Positions 42,901 to 54,635 of a stretch of 64,000 nt of DNA are shown piece after piece. The notes below the pieces were generated by a model. That model saw only the letters and a list, made by a program, of their open reading frames with translations. It did no database searches and had not been told where the DNA came from. Position numbers and translations under genes: made by a program. This DNA comes from Macrostomum lignano (lineage: Eukaryota), in NCBI GenBank assembly GCA_002269645.1, contig NIVC01000260.1, forward strand, positions 1 to 64,000, in the 5' to 3' direction. How positions within the stretch are numbered: the first letter of the stretch is position 1; every line of letters begins with the position of its first letter.

Positions 42901-45900
42901 AGACAGTCAAGGGCGATTCTTACAGACAGTCAAGGGCGATTCTTACAGACAGTCAAGGGCGATTCTTACAGACAGTCAAGGGCGATTCTTACAGACAGTC
43001 AAGGGCGATTCTTACAGACAGTCAAGGGCGATTCTTACAGACAGTCAAGGGCGATTCTTACAGACAGTCAAGGGCGATTCTTACAGACAGTCAAGGGCGA
43101 TTCTTACAGACAGTCAAGGGCGATTCTTACAGACAGTCAAGGGCGATTCTTACAGACAGTCAAGGGCGATTCTTACAGACAGTCAAGGGCGATTCTTACA
43201 GACAGTCAAGGGCGATTCTTACAGACAGTCAAGGGCGATTCTTACAGACAGTCAAGGGCGATTCTTACAGACAGTCAAGGGCGATTCTTACAGACAGTCA
43301 AGGGCGATTCTTACAGACAGTCAAGGGCGATTCTTACAGACAGTCAAGGGCGATTCTTACAGACAGTCAAGGGCGATTCTTACAGACAGTCAAGGGCGAT
43401 TCTTACAGACAGTCAAGGGCGATTCTTACAGACAGTCAAGGGCGATTCTTACAGACAGTCAAGGGCGATTCTTACAGACAGTCAAGGGCGATTCTTACAG
43501 ACAGTCAAGGGCGATTCTTACAGACAGTCAAGGGCGATTCTTACAGACAGTCAAGGGCGATTCTTACAGACAGTCAAGGGCGATTCTTACAGACAGTCAA
43601 GGGCGATTCTTACAGACAGTCAAGGGCGATTCTTACAGACAGTCAAGGGCGATTCTTACAGACAGTCAAGGGCGATTCTTACAGACAGTCAAGGGCGATT
43701 CTTACAGACAGTCAAGGGCGATTCTTACAGACAGTCAAGGGCGATTCTTACAGACAGTCAAGGGCGATTCTTACAGACAGTCAAGGGCGATTCTTACAGA
43801 CAGTCAAGGGCGATTCTTACAGACAGTCAAGGGCGATTCTTACAGACAGTCAAGGGCGATTCTTACAGACAGTCAAGGGCGATTCTTACAGACAGTCAAG
43901 GGCGATTCTTACAGACAGTCAAGGGCGATTCTTACAGACAGTCAAGGGCGATTCTTACAGACAGTCAAGGGCGATTCTTACAGACAGTCAAGGGCGATTC
44001 TTACAGACAGTCAAGGGCGATTCTTACAGACAGTCAAGGGCGATTCTTACAGACAGTCAAGGGCGATTCTTACAGACAGTCAAGGGCGATTCTTACAGAC
44101 AGTCAAGGGCGATTCTTACAGACAGTCAAGGGCGATTCTTACAGACAGTCAAGGGCGATTCTTACAGACAGTCAAGGGCGATTCTTACAGACAGTCAAGG
44201 GCGATTCTTACAGACAGTCAAGGGCGATTCTTACAGACAGTCAAGGGCGATTCTTACAGACAGTCAAGGGCGATTCTTACAGACAGTCAAGGGCGATTCT
44301 TACAGACAGTCAAGGGCGATTCTTACAGACAGTCAAGGGCGATTCTTACAGACAGTCAAGGGCGATTCTTACAGACAGTCAAGGGCGATTCTTACAGACA
44401 GTCAAGGGCGATTCTTACAGACAGTCAAGGGCGATTCTTACAGACAGTCAAGGGCGATTCTTACAGACAGTCAAGGGCGATTCTTACAGACAGTCAAGGG
44501 CGATTCTTACAGACAGTCAAGGGCGATTCTTACAGACAGTCAAGGGCGATTCTTACAGACAGTCAAGGGCGATTCTTACAGACAGTCAAGGGCGATTCTT
44601 ACAGACAGTCAAGGGCGATTCTTACAGACAGTCAAGGGCGATTCTTACAGACAGTCAAGGGCGATTCTTACAGACAGTCAAGGGCGATTCTTACAGACAG
44701 TCAAGGGCGATTCTTACAGACAGTCAAGGGCGATTCTTACAGACAGTCAAGGGCGATTCTTACAGACAGTCAAGGGCGATTCTTACAGACAGTCAAGGGC
44801 GATTCTTACAGACAGTCAAGGGCGATTCTTACAGACAGTCAAGGGCGATTCTTACAGACAGTCAAGGGCGATTCTTACAGACAGTCAAGGGCGATTCTTA
44901 CAGACAGTCAAGGGCGATTCTTACAGACAGTCAAGGGCGATTCTTACAGACAGTCAAGGGCGATTCTTACAGACAGTCAAGGGCGATTCTTACAGACAGT
45001 CAAGGGCGATTCTTACAGACAGTCAAGGGCGATTCTTACAGACAGTCAAGGGCGATTCTTACAGACAGTCAAGGGCGATTCTTACAGACAGTCAAGGGCG
45101 ATTCTTACAGACAGTCAAGGGCGATTCTTACAGACAGTCAAGGGCGATTCTTACAGACAGTCAAGGGCGATTCTTACAGACAGTCAAGGGCGATTCTTAC
45201 AGACAGTCAAGGGCGATTCTTACAGACAGTCAAGGGCGATTCTTACAGACAGTCAAGGGCGATTCTTACAGACAGTCAAGGGCGATTCTTACAGACAGTC
45301 AAGGGCGATTCTTACAGACAGTCAAGGGCGATTCTTACAGACAGTCAAGGGCGATTCTTACAGACAGTCAAGGGCGATTCTTACAGACAGTCAAGGGCGA
45401 TTCTTACAGACAGTCAAGGGCGATTCTTACAGACAGTCAAGGGCGATTCTTACAGACAGTCAAGGGCGATTCTTACAGACAGTCAAGGGCGATTCTTACA
45501 GACAGTCAAGGGCGATTCTTACAGACAGTCAAGGGCGATTCTTACAGACAGTCAAGGGCGATTCTTACAGACAGTCAAGGGCGATTCTTACAGACAGTCA
45601 AGGGCGATTCTTACAGACAGTCAAGGGCGATTCTTACAGACAGTCAAGGGCGATTCTTACAGACAGTCAAGGGCGATTCTTACAGACAGTCAAGGGCGAT
45701 TCTTACAGACAGTCAAGGGCGATTCTTACAGACAGTCAAGGGCGATTCTTACAGACAGTCAAGGGCGATTCTTACAGACAGTCAAGGGCGATTCTTACAG
45801 ACAGTCAAGGGCGATTCTTACAGACAGTCAAGGGCGATTCTTACAGACAGTCAAGGGCGATTCTTACAGACAGTCAAGGGCGATTCTTACAGACAGTCAA

Positions 45901-47730
45901 GGGCGATTCTTACAGACAGTCAAGGGCGATTCTTACAGACAGTCAAGGGCGATTCTTACAGACAGTCAAGGGCGATTCTTACAGACAGTCAAGGGCGATT
46001 CTTACAGACAGTCAAGGGCGATTCTTACAGACAGTCAAGGGCGATTCTTACAGACAGTCAAGGGCGATTCTTACAGACAGTCAAGGGCGATTCTTACAGA
46101 CAGTCAAGGGCGATTCTTACAGACAGTCAAGGGCGATTCTTACAGACAGTCAAGGGCGATTCTTACAGACAGTCAAGGGCGATTCTTACAGACAGTCAAG
46201 GGCGATTCTTACAGACAGTCAAGGGCGATTCTTACAGACAGTCAAGGGCGATTCTTACAGACAGTCAGGGCGATTCTTACAGACAGTCAAGGGCGATTCT
46301 TACAGACAGTCAGGGCGATTCTTACAGACAGTCAAGGGCGATTCTTACAGACAGTCAAGGGCGATTCTTACAGACAGTCAAGGGCGATTCTTACAGACAG
46401 TCAGGGCGATTCTTACAGACAGTCAAGGGCGATTCTTACAGACAGTCAGGGCGATTCTTACAGACAGACAGTCAGGGCGATTCTTACAGACAGTCAGGGC
46501 GATTCTTACAGACAGTCAGGGCGATTCTTACAGACAGTCAAGGGCGATTCTTACAGACAGTCAAGGGCGATTCTTACAGACAGTCAAGGGCGATTCTTAC
46601 AGACAGTCAAGGGCGATTCTTACAGACAGTCAAGGGCGATTCTTACAGACAGTCAGGGCGATTCTTACAGACAGTCAGGGCGATTCTTACAGACAGTCAA
46701 GGGCGATTCTTACAGACAGTCAAGGGCGATTCTTACAGACAGTCAAGGGCGATTCTTACAGACAGTCAAGGGCGATTCTTACAGACAGTCAAGGGCGATT
46801 CTTACAGACAGTCAAGGGCGATTCTTACAGACAGTCAAGGGCGATTCTTACAGACAGTCAAGGGCGATTCTTACAGACAGTCAAGGGCGATTCTTACAGA
46901 CAGTCAAGGGCGATTCTTACAGACAGTCAAGGGCGATTCTTACAGACAGTCAAGGGCGATTCTTACAGACAGTCAAGGGCGATTCTTACAGACAGTCAGG
47001 GCGATTCTTACAGACAGTCAAGGGCGATTCTTACAGACAGTCAAGGCGATTCTTACAGACAGTCAGGGCGATTCTTACAGACAGTCAAGGGCGATTCTTA
47101 CAGACAGTCAAGGGCGATTCTTACAGACAGTCAAGGGCGATTCTTACTGACAGTCAGGGGCGATTCTTACTGACAGTCAAGGGCGATTCTTACTAACAGT
47201 CAGGGGCGATTCTTACAGACAGTCAAGGGCGATTCTTACAGACAGTCAAGGGCGATTCTTACAGACAGTCAAGGGCGATTCTTACTAACAGTCAGGGCGA
47301 TTCTTACTGACAGTCAAGGGCGATTCTTACTGACAGTCAGGGGCGATTCTTACAGACAGACAGTCAGGGCGATTCTTACAGACAGTCAGGGGCGATTCTT
47401 ACAGACAGTCAGGGCGATTCTTACAGACAGTTCAAGGGCGATTCTTACAGACAGTTCAAGGGCGATTCTTACAGACAGTCAAGGGCGATTCTTACAGACA
47501 GTCAAGGGCGATTCTTACAGACAGTTTAAGGGCGATTCTTACAGACAGTCAGGGGCGATTCTTACAGACAGTCAGGGCGATTCTTACAGACAGTTCAAGG
47601 GCGATTCTTACAGACAGTTCAAGGGCGATTCTTACAGACAGTCAAGGGCGATTCTTACAGACAGTCAAGGGCGATTCTTACAGACAGTTCAAGGGCGATT
47701 CTTACAGACAGTCAATGGCGATTCTTACAC
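27967..47730. repeat. Giant satellite array of 23-bp unit GGGCGATTCTTACAGACAGTCAA (~860 copies)
   Basis: Seen directly; largely homogeneous interior, variant units concentrated near both edges. Confidence 0.99.
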
Positions 47731-47975
47731 AGTTCGCATTGAAAAGTGCTGAAAATGCATAGAAAGAGATCAAAGCGTTGAAACACAGGAACATCTAAAA
47801 AGAACGAACTAATTAATCTTAATTTATTCATTTTGTTTAATTAAAAGTTCAACAGCATGATACAAAGTGCAATGTGTATTAAAATTAACTCGAACAGCTA
47901 AACAGACGAGTAAATTTATACAAGATTATCCTAAGCTCAAACTGTATTGTTAAGGCGAGGCTAGGGATGTATAAG

Positions 47976-48710
47976 TGAAGGCCGATTCTTGGAATTATTG
48001 AAGGCCGATTCTTGGGATAATTGAAGGCCGATTCTTGAGATAATTGAAGGCCGATTCTTGAGATAATTGAAGGGCGGTTCTTGGAATTATTGAAGGCCGA
48101 TTCTTAGGATAATTGAAGGCCGGTTCTTAGGATAATTCGAATTATCCTAAGATAAAGGATATTGATCAAGGCCGATTCTTGGGGATAAATGAGGGCCGAT
48201 TCTTGGGGATAAATGAAGGCCGATTCTTGGGGATAAATGAAGGCGATTCTTGGTATAATTGAAGGGCGGTTCTTGGAATTATTGAAGGTCGATTCTTAGG
48301 ATAATTCAAGGCCGATTCTTGGGGATAAATGAAGGCCGATTCTTGGGATAAGTGAAGGCCGATTCTTGGTATAATTGAAGGGCGGTTCTTGGAATTATTG
48401 AAGGCCGACTCTTCAAATAATTAAAGGGCGATTCTTGGAATTATTGAAGGGCGGTTCTTGGAATTATTGAAGGCCGACTCTTCAAATAATTAAAGGGCGA
48501 TTCTTGGAATTATTGAAGGCCGACTCTTCAAATAACTGAAGGGCGATTCTTGGGATAATTGAAGGCCGATTCTTTAGATAATTGAAGGCCGTTTCTTTAG
48601 ATAATTGAAGGCCGATTCTTGGGATATTTGAAGGCCAATTCTAGGAATAAATGAAGGCCACTTCTTGGGATAAATGAATGGCGACTTTAGGGATATTTAA
48701 AGGGCGATCT
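47976..48710. repeat. Degenerate ~23-bp minisatellite TGAAGGCCGATTCTTGGGATAAT
   Basis: Seen directly; shares AAGG(G/C)CGATTCTT with the giant array. Confidence 0.93.
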
Positions 48711-48882
48711 CCCGTCTATTAGAAGTGCATTTCTCACGAAAAGTAGGAACAGAATATTAAAGCAAATGTTTAGTTCGATTCAATACAGACAGTCAATAGA
48801 ATGAAAATAACACAAGATGCAGATACGAGCGAACAAGTAAATAAACGCAGCACCTGGTCAGCACAGACACTCATCGCAAAGG

Positions 48883-49390
48883 TTATTTCCCTCTGCCGCC
48901 ACGCCGGCCGCCGCTAGTCGATGCGGCGCTCCAAGCGTCAGTGGCCTCGGAGCTGGCTGCCAGACGGTCCTCCTCGCGGATCGCGTCCTCAACCCGAGAC
49001 ACCGCTTTTAATAGTCTAGCAATGCTCTCAGCTTCTTCGTGGCTTTTCTGCCGCTCCTCCTGATTGCCGGCCGACGCGGCCAGGGTGAGGAAGGACAAGA
49101 ATTTGGTTACGCAGCTGAGCACGGGCACGAATGACGGCTGCGGCTTCAGTCGGGTGCGGATCAGCGCGGCCAGGCGGATGTCCCGCTGGGCCAGGCAGCA
49201 CAGCAGGAGGCCTGCGTAGGCGGCAACCACCGAGTCCTCCATGTGCTCGCCTGCTCGGCTGAGCGCGCTGTGAAATGCGTCGCCTCCCTGCTGCATGCGG
49301 CGGCTGGCTGCGGCTCCGCCAGCACCCACGCGACGATCGAACGGCGACGGCGACGGATGGCCGCCGAATTCCAAGTCACCGCCTACGGAC
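48883..49390 (-). CDS. WAPL: WAPL exon 5 (terminal)
   Basis: AGEHMEDSVVAAY..GGRRGGRGK*. Confidence 0.9.
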
Positions 49391-50684
49391 CTGGCAATGG
49401 CGGTAGAGAGAGGTAGCAGTTAGGTGGGAGATTGTGTGCCTGTCAGGCTGTTTGTGCGACTGTCAGGCTGTTTGTGTGTCTGTCAGGCTGTTTGTGTGTC
49501 TGTCAGGCTGTTTGTGTGTCTGTCAGGCTGTTTGTGTGTCTGTCAGGCTGTTTGTGTGCCTGTCAGGCTGTTTGTGTGGCTGCCAGGCTGTTTGTGTGCC
49601 TGTCAGACTGTCTGTATGTGCCTGGTACGACTGTCTGTATGTGCCTGTTACGACTGTCTGTATGTGCCTGTCAGACTGTCTGTATGTGCCTGTCAGACTG
49701 TCTGTATGTGCCTGTCAGACTGTCTGTATGTGCCTGTCAGTGTCTTTAGGTGTCTGCATTGTTGTTGTAAACACATAAGTGATACTATTACTTATATGCA
49801 ATACTATCAATAATACGAATGCGCTACACACCTGCTGCTAGTCTCATCTTCGTCTCCATTCCTCTCAGTGCGACCATCAGGTCCGCCGCTGCCGCTGCCC
49901 CGCCGGCGCCACTGCCGTCGGGCAGATGCTCCTCAAGCTCGTGAGAGCAGGCGCGCAAGAACCGGACATTGAACAGCTCGGCCAGCCGATCAATTAGGCC
50001 GGGCAATCGGGATACTCGGCGTTGATTTTCGTCCGAATGCTCGGCCAGGTTAATTAGCACGCCCAGCGACAGCAGGGTGAGATCGAACTTGGTGTTGTCG
50101 GCTGGAGCGGCGGCAGTCCCAGTCGATGCCGATGCGGACGTCGAAGCCGGGGCCTCGGCGCCGTCGTCTTCGCCGCAGTCGAGCGCCAGATTGGCGATGG
50201 TCTCAAGCAGGTCGGCGCCGCCAGAGCCAGTAGAGAGGAGCTCGGCAGCACGGGCATTGTCGTGGCTCAGATTGATGAGCAGCTGAAGGCCGGACAGAAG
50301 GCAGGCGGCGGCGGTCGGGGCTGCGGTTCTGTTGGCAGAGCAGAGGCGCATCAGGCGGAGCAGCAGCGGCTGGCAGGGGGCCACCAGGTGCTGCTGGTTG
50401 TCTGGGCACCTGCGGGAGAGAGAGAGGCGATCTGTGTAAGAGTGGGTGGAAGCTGCGCTCGAGAATAGGATTGGGGATGCCGAGCCTAGCAGGTTAGAGA
50501 CGGCTATTAAAAGACAAGCAGATAAACAGATCCTTTGGCACAGGATACAGGACACAGACGGATGGGAAGAGGGCAGGCACAAGGCAGAGGCAAGAAGAGG
50601 ACAGACACAGACAAAGCAAACACAGAGTACACAAACAGATGAGGACGTACAAAGATGGAAGACAGACAGGCAGAGTATAGAAAA

Positions 50685-50723
<39 letters not shown>

Positions 50724-53700
50724 GGACACAGACAGGCACAGGACACAGACAGACAGTGGACACAGACAGGCACAGGACACAGACGACAGACAGATGACAC
50801 AAACAGAGGACAACACAGACAGAGGACACAGAAACAGAGGACACAGACAGACAGAGGACACAAACAGACAGAGGACAACACAGACAGAGGACACAGAAAC
50901 AAGCAGAGGAAACAGCCGGGCAAATGACACAAAAGACACAAAACAGCACAGAGTCTCACTTGTAGCTCATATTCTCCAGCAAGCTGAGAAACTCCCTAGC
51001 CCTAGCGAGCCTGGCCAGCATAAACTCGTTAAGCTGTTGCGGCCCCAGATCGTCGCCAAAATAGTCCAAATCGTCGCGCAAGGCCTCCAAGGCGTGGTCG
51101 AGGCCCCGCTGAAGCCGGATGGCCTCCTTGAACCAGGGCGAGGCCCGGCGAATGCCCAGACTGAGCAGGGCGGCCATGGCCAGGCGCCTGGCGCTGGTCA
51201 GCAGATCCGGTGGCGCGTCCGGGAACAGATTTCGAAGTCGCTGCCTGAGCCTGTCCGCCTGCTGTGGCCGGATGTCCGGCGTGTCCAGCAGTCTGAGCAG
51301 CAGGCCAAGGCCGGCTTTGTCCAGCAGCAGGGTGGCCCGATCGCGAGACAGCGCGTAGAACAGGGCAGCCGTGCCCAGAGACAGCTGCGGGTCGCAGCCC
51401 GGCTGCGGAGCTGCGGGATGGAGCGGCGAGTGGAGTGCCTGTCAGACTGTCTGTATGTGCCTGTCAGACTGTCTGCATGTGCCTGTCAGACTGTCTGTAT
51501 GTGCCTGTCAGACTGTCTGCATGTGCCTGTCAGACTGTCTGTATGTGCCTGTCAGACTGTATGTGCCTGTCAGACTGTCTGTATGTGTCTGTCAGACTGT
51601 CTGTATGTGTCTGTCAGACTGTCTGTATGTGTCTGTCAGACTGTCTGTATGTGCCTGTCAGACTGTCTGTATGTGTCTGTCAGACTGCCTGTATGTGCCT
51701 GTCAGGCTGTTTGTGTGTCTGTCAGGCTGTTTGTGTGCCTGTCAGGCTGTTTGTGTGCCTGTCAGGCTGTTTGTGTGCCTGTTACGACTGTCTGTATGTG
51801 CCTGTTACGACTGTCTGTATGTGCCTGTCAGACTGTATGTGTCTGTCAGACTGCCTGTATGTGTCTGTCAGACTGCCTGTATGTGCCTGTCAGACTGTCT
51901 GTATGTGCCTGTTAGACTGTCTGTATGTGCCTGTTAGACTGTCTGTATGTGCCTGTCAGACTGTCTGTATGTGCCTGTCAGACTGTCTGCATGTGCCTGT
52001 CAGACTGTCTGCATGTGCCTGTCAGACTGTCTGCATGTGTCTGTCAGAGTATCTCTAGGAGTCCTTCCATCTGCTCTAGAGCATCTGTCAGCCCCTGCCA
52101 GCATCAGGTCCAACCCCTGTCCCTCACCGTCGTCCTCAGTAGCGCCCAGCAATCGGAACAAGCTCGGGTGCAGCCGGTGCGCCTTCAAATGCAAGCGGAA
52201 CTCCTGGCAGCCGACGCACTGCTCAACGCACTGCATCAGCGACAACAGCCTGGTGGCCTGCGGCTCTCCCGGTCTCAGGCCATCCATCAGGTAGCGGACA
52301 TCGTCTGCGAAGCTCTGCTGTTCGCCTTGCTCGGCCACTTCCGCGGCCGCTTTCACGTGTCGAACTCGAACTGAAGCCGCCGTTGATGTCGCCGAAGCTG
52401 ACGACGAGGAGGCCGCCAAAGTCGTTGAAGAAGGCGCCGTCTGCGTGCGCCGAAAAAGAGGCGGGGGCGGCGCCACCGGCGCTACAAACAGGCCATCGTC
52501 TGAGTCTGGGCGAGGCTGTCGACTTGGCGGCGGCGGTGGCGGCGGCTGAGGAGCGACGAACTCGGAGGAGGACGAAGAACCGGCCAAGGTCGCGGTGTTC
52601 CAAGGCCGATGATTGTAGCTGGCCAAGTAGCGCTGCTTCATGGAGCCTGCGCTGCCCTTCTTCTGCCGCGGGCAGATGGTTAAATGGGCTGATGATTTTA
52701 GGGATTCTTGGCTTATGATTTTAGGGATTCTTGGCTTATGATTTTAGGGATTCTTGGCTAATGATTTTAGGGATTCTTGGCTAATGATTCTAGGGATTCT
52801 TGGCTATGGCTAATGATTCTAGAGATTCTTGGCTATGGCTAATGATTCTAGAGATTCTTGGCTAATGATTTTAGAGATTCTTGGCTATGGCTAATGATTC
52901 TAGAGATTCTTGGCTATGGCTAATGATTCTAGAGATTCTTGGCTAATGATTCTAGGGATTCTTGGCTATGGCTAATGATTCAAGAGATTCTTGGCTAATG
53001 ATTCTACAGATTCTTGGCTAATGATTCTAGAGATTCTTGGCTAATGATTCTAGAGATTCTTGGCTATGGCTAATGTTTCTAGGGATTCTTGGCTAATGAT
53101 TCTACAGATTCTTGGCTAATGATTTTAGGGATTCTTGGCTATGGCTAATGATTCTAGGGATTCTTGGCTAATGATTCTAGAGATTCTTGGCTAATGATTC
53201 TACAGATTCTTGGCTAATGATTCTAGAGATTCTTGGCTAATGATTCTAGAGATTCTTGGCTAATGATTCTACAGATTCTTGGCTAATGATTCTAGAGATT
53301 CTTGGCTAATGATTCTAGAGATTCTTGGCTAATGATTCTAGAGATTCTTGGCTATGGCTAATGTTTCTAGGGATTCTTGGCTAATGATTCTAGAGATTCT
53401 TGGCTATGGCTAATGTTTCTAGGGATTCTTGGCTAATGATTCTACAGATTCTTGGCTAATGATTCTAGAGATTCTTGGCTAATGATTCTAGAGGTTCTTG
53501 GCTAATGATTTTAGGGATTCTTGGCTATGGCTAATGATTCTAGGGATTCTTGGCTAATGATTCTAGAGATTCTTGGCTAATGATTTTAGAGATTCTTGGC
53601 TATGGCTAATGTTTCTAGGGATTCTTGGCTAATGATTCTACAGATTCTTGGATGATGATTCTAGAGATTCTTGGCTAATGATTTTAGGGATTCTTGGCTA

Positions 53701-54635
53701 ATGATTTTAGGGATTCTTGGCTATGGCTAATGATTCTAGGGATTCTTGGCTAATGATTCTAGAGATTCTTGGCTATGGCTAATGTTTCTAGGGATTCTTG
53801 GCTAATGATTCTACAGATTCTTGGCTAATGATTCTACAGATTCTTGGATGATGATTCTAGAGATTCTTGGCTAATGATTCTACAGATTCTTGGCTAATGA
53901 TTCTACAGATTCTTGGATGATGATTCTAGAGATTCTTGGCTAATGATTCTACAGATTCTTGGATGATGATTCTAGAGATTCTTGGCTAATGATTCTACAG
54001 ATTCTTGGATGATGATTCTTAGAGATTCTTGGCTAATGATTCTACAGATTCTTGGATGATGATTCTTAGAGATTCTTGGCTAATGATTCCAGGGATTCTT
54101 GGCTAATGATTCGAGAGATTCTTGGCTAATTATTCTAGAGATTCTTGGCTAATGATTCCAGAGATTCTTGGCTAATGATTCTTAGATATTCTTGGCTAAT
54201 GATTCCAGGGAATCATTACATGATTCGCTTGCATTTAATGATTCCAGGCTAATGAATGATGATTTTCAGTGATTTTGGTCAGTAATGTGAGCATAAATTT
54301 TGGGATATAAAGTGACAAAAATAAAAAACATGAGCAAGTTAGTAGACTTTAGTATAATTATCTACCTGAAAGAATTTAGAAACTCGACTTGTCTCCTCCA
54401 GCTTAGCCTGCTTTGGCTGGCTGGTCTGTGCAGCAGTTCTGGAGTTACTTGCAGATAGTGCAGAAGCGGGCTGCTTGCCAACACGCCTGCCAATGCTGGC
54501 ACTAGATGCTGATGTTGAGCTAGAAGCCACTCCCTGGGCCTGAGCAAGTGAATTTTGCTTCACAATGGGTGCGGCCTTGCATACTACATCTGGAGGTGAG
54601 CCATGGCTGCCACCATCAAAGTCAAATGCTGACAT
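48883..54635 (-). CDS. WAPL: Wings apart-like cohesin release factor (WAPL), 5 coding exons, one apparent frameshift in exon 4
   Basis: Exons 54635-54366, 52662-52128, 51410-50960, 50409-49832 and 49390-48883. Motifs FADDVRYLMDGL..TRLLSL..FRLHLKAH, LSLGTAALFYALSRDR, LLINLSHDN, SLGVLINLAE, AGEHMEDSVVAAYAGLLLCCL. Exon 1 is the least certain. Confidence 0.92.
49430..49745. repeat. 20/22-bp TGTCAG-containing minisatellite, WAPL intron 4
   Basis: Seen directly. Confidence 0.95.
49832..50409 (-). CDS. WAPL: WAPL exon 4
   Basis: CPDNQQHL..LLINLSHDN..SLGVLINLAEHS. Confidence 0.88.
50570..50945. repeat. (GACA)-rich low-complexity repeat, WAPL intron 3
   Basis: Seen directly. Confidence 0.9.
50960..51410 (-). 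CDS. WAPL: WAPL exon 3
   Basis: QLSLGTAALFYALSRDR..LLENMSY; donor GTGAGA. Confidence 0.9.
51436..52048. repeat. 22-bp minisatellite TGTCAGACTGTCTGTATGTGCC, WAPL intron 2
   Basis: Seen directly. Confidence 0.96.
52128..52662 (-). CDS. WAPL: WAPL exon 2
   Basis: Pro/Ser-rich linker, then the start of the WAPL domain. Confidence 0.88.
52690..54215. repeat. 23-bp minisatellite GATTCTTGGCTAATGATTCTAGA, WAPL intron 1
   Basis: Seen directly; some units carry an ATGGCT insertion. Confidence 0.97.
54366..54635 (-). CDS. WAPL: WAPL probable exon 1
   Basis: MSAFDFD..SKFFQ, donor GTAGAT; phase 0 matches the next acceptor. Confidence 0.6.

Noticed and set aside
27956-47730. Long ORFs in the giant array (292 and 360 aa; the + strand of the perfect unit has no stop codon)
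   Set aside because: The 23-aa periodicity is simply three turns of a 23-bp unit; GTG starts only, no coding context.
49424-52058. Cys/Val/Leu-rich and Gln/Thr/Asp-rich ORFs (including 489 aa at 50446)
   Set aside because: Derived from intronic minisatellites and antisense to WAPL exons.
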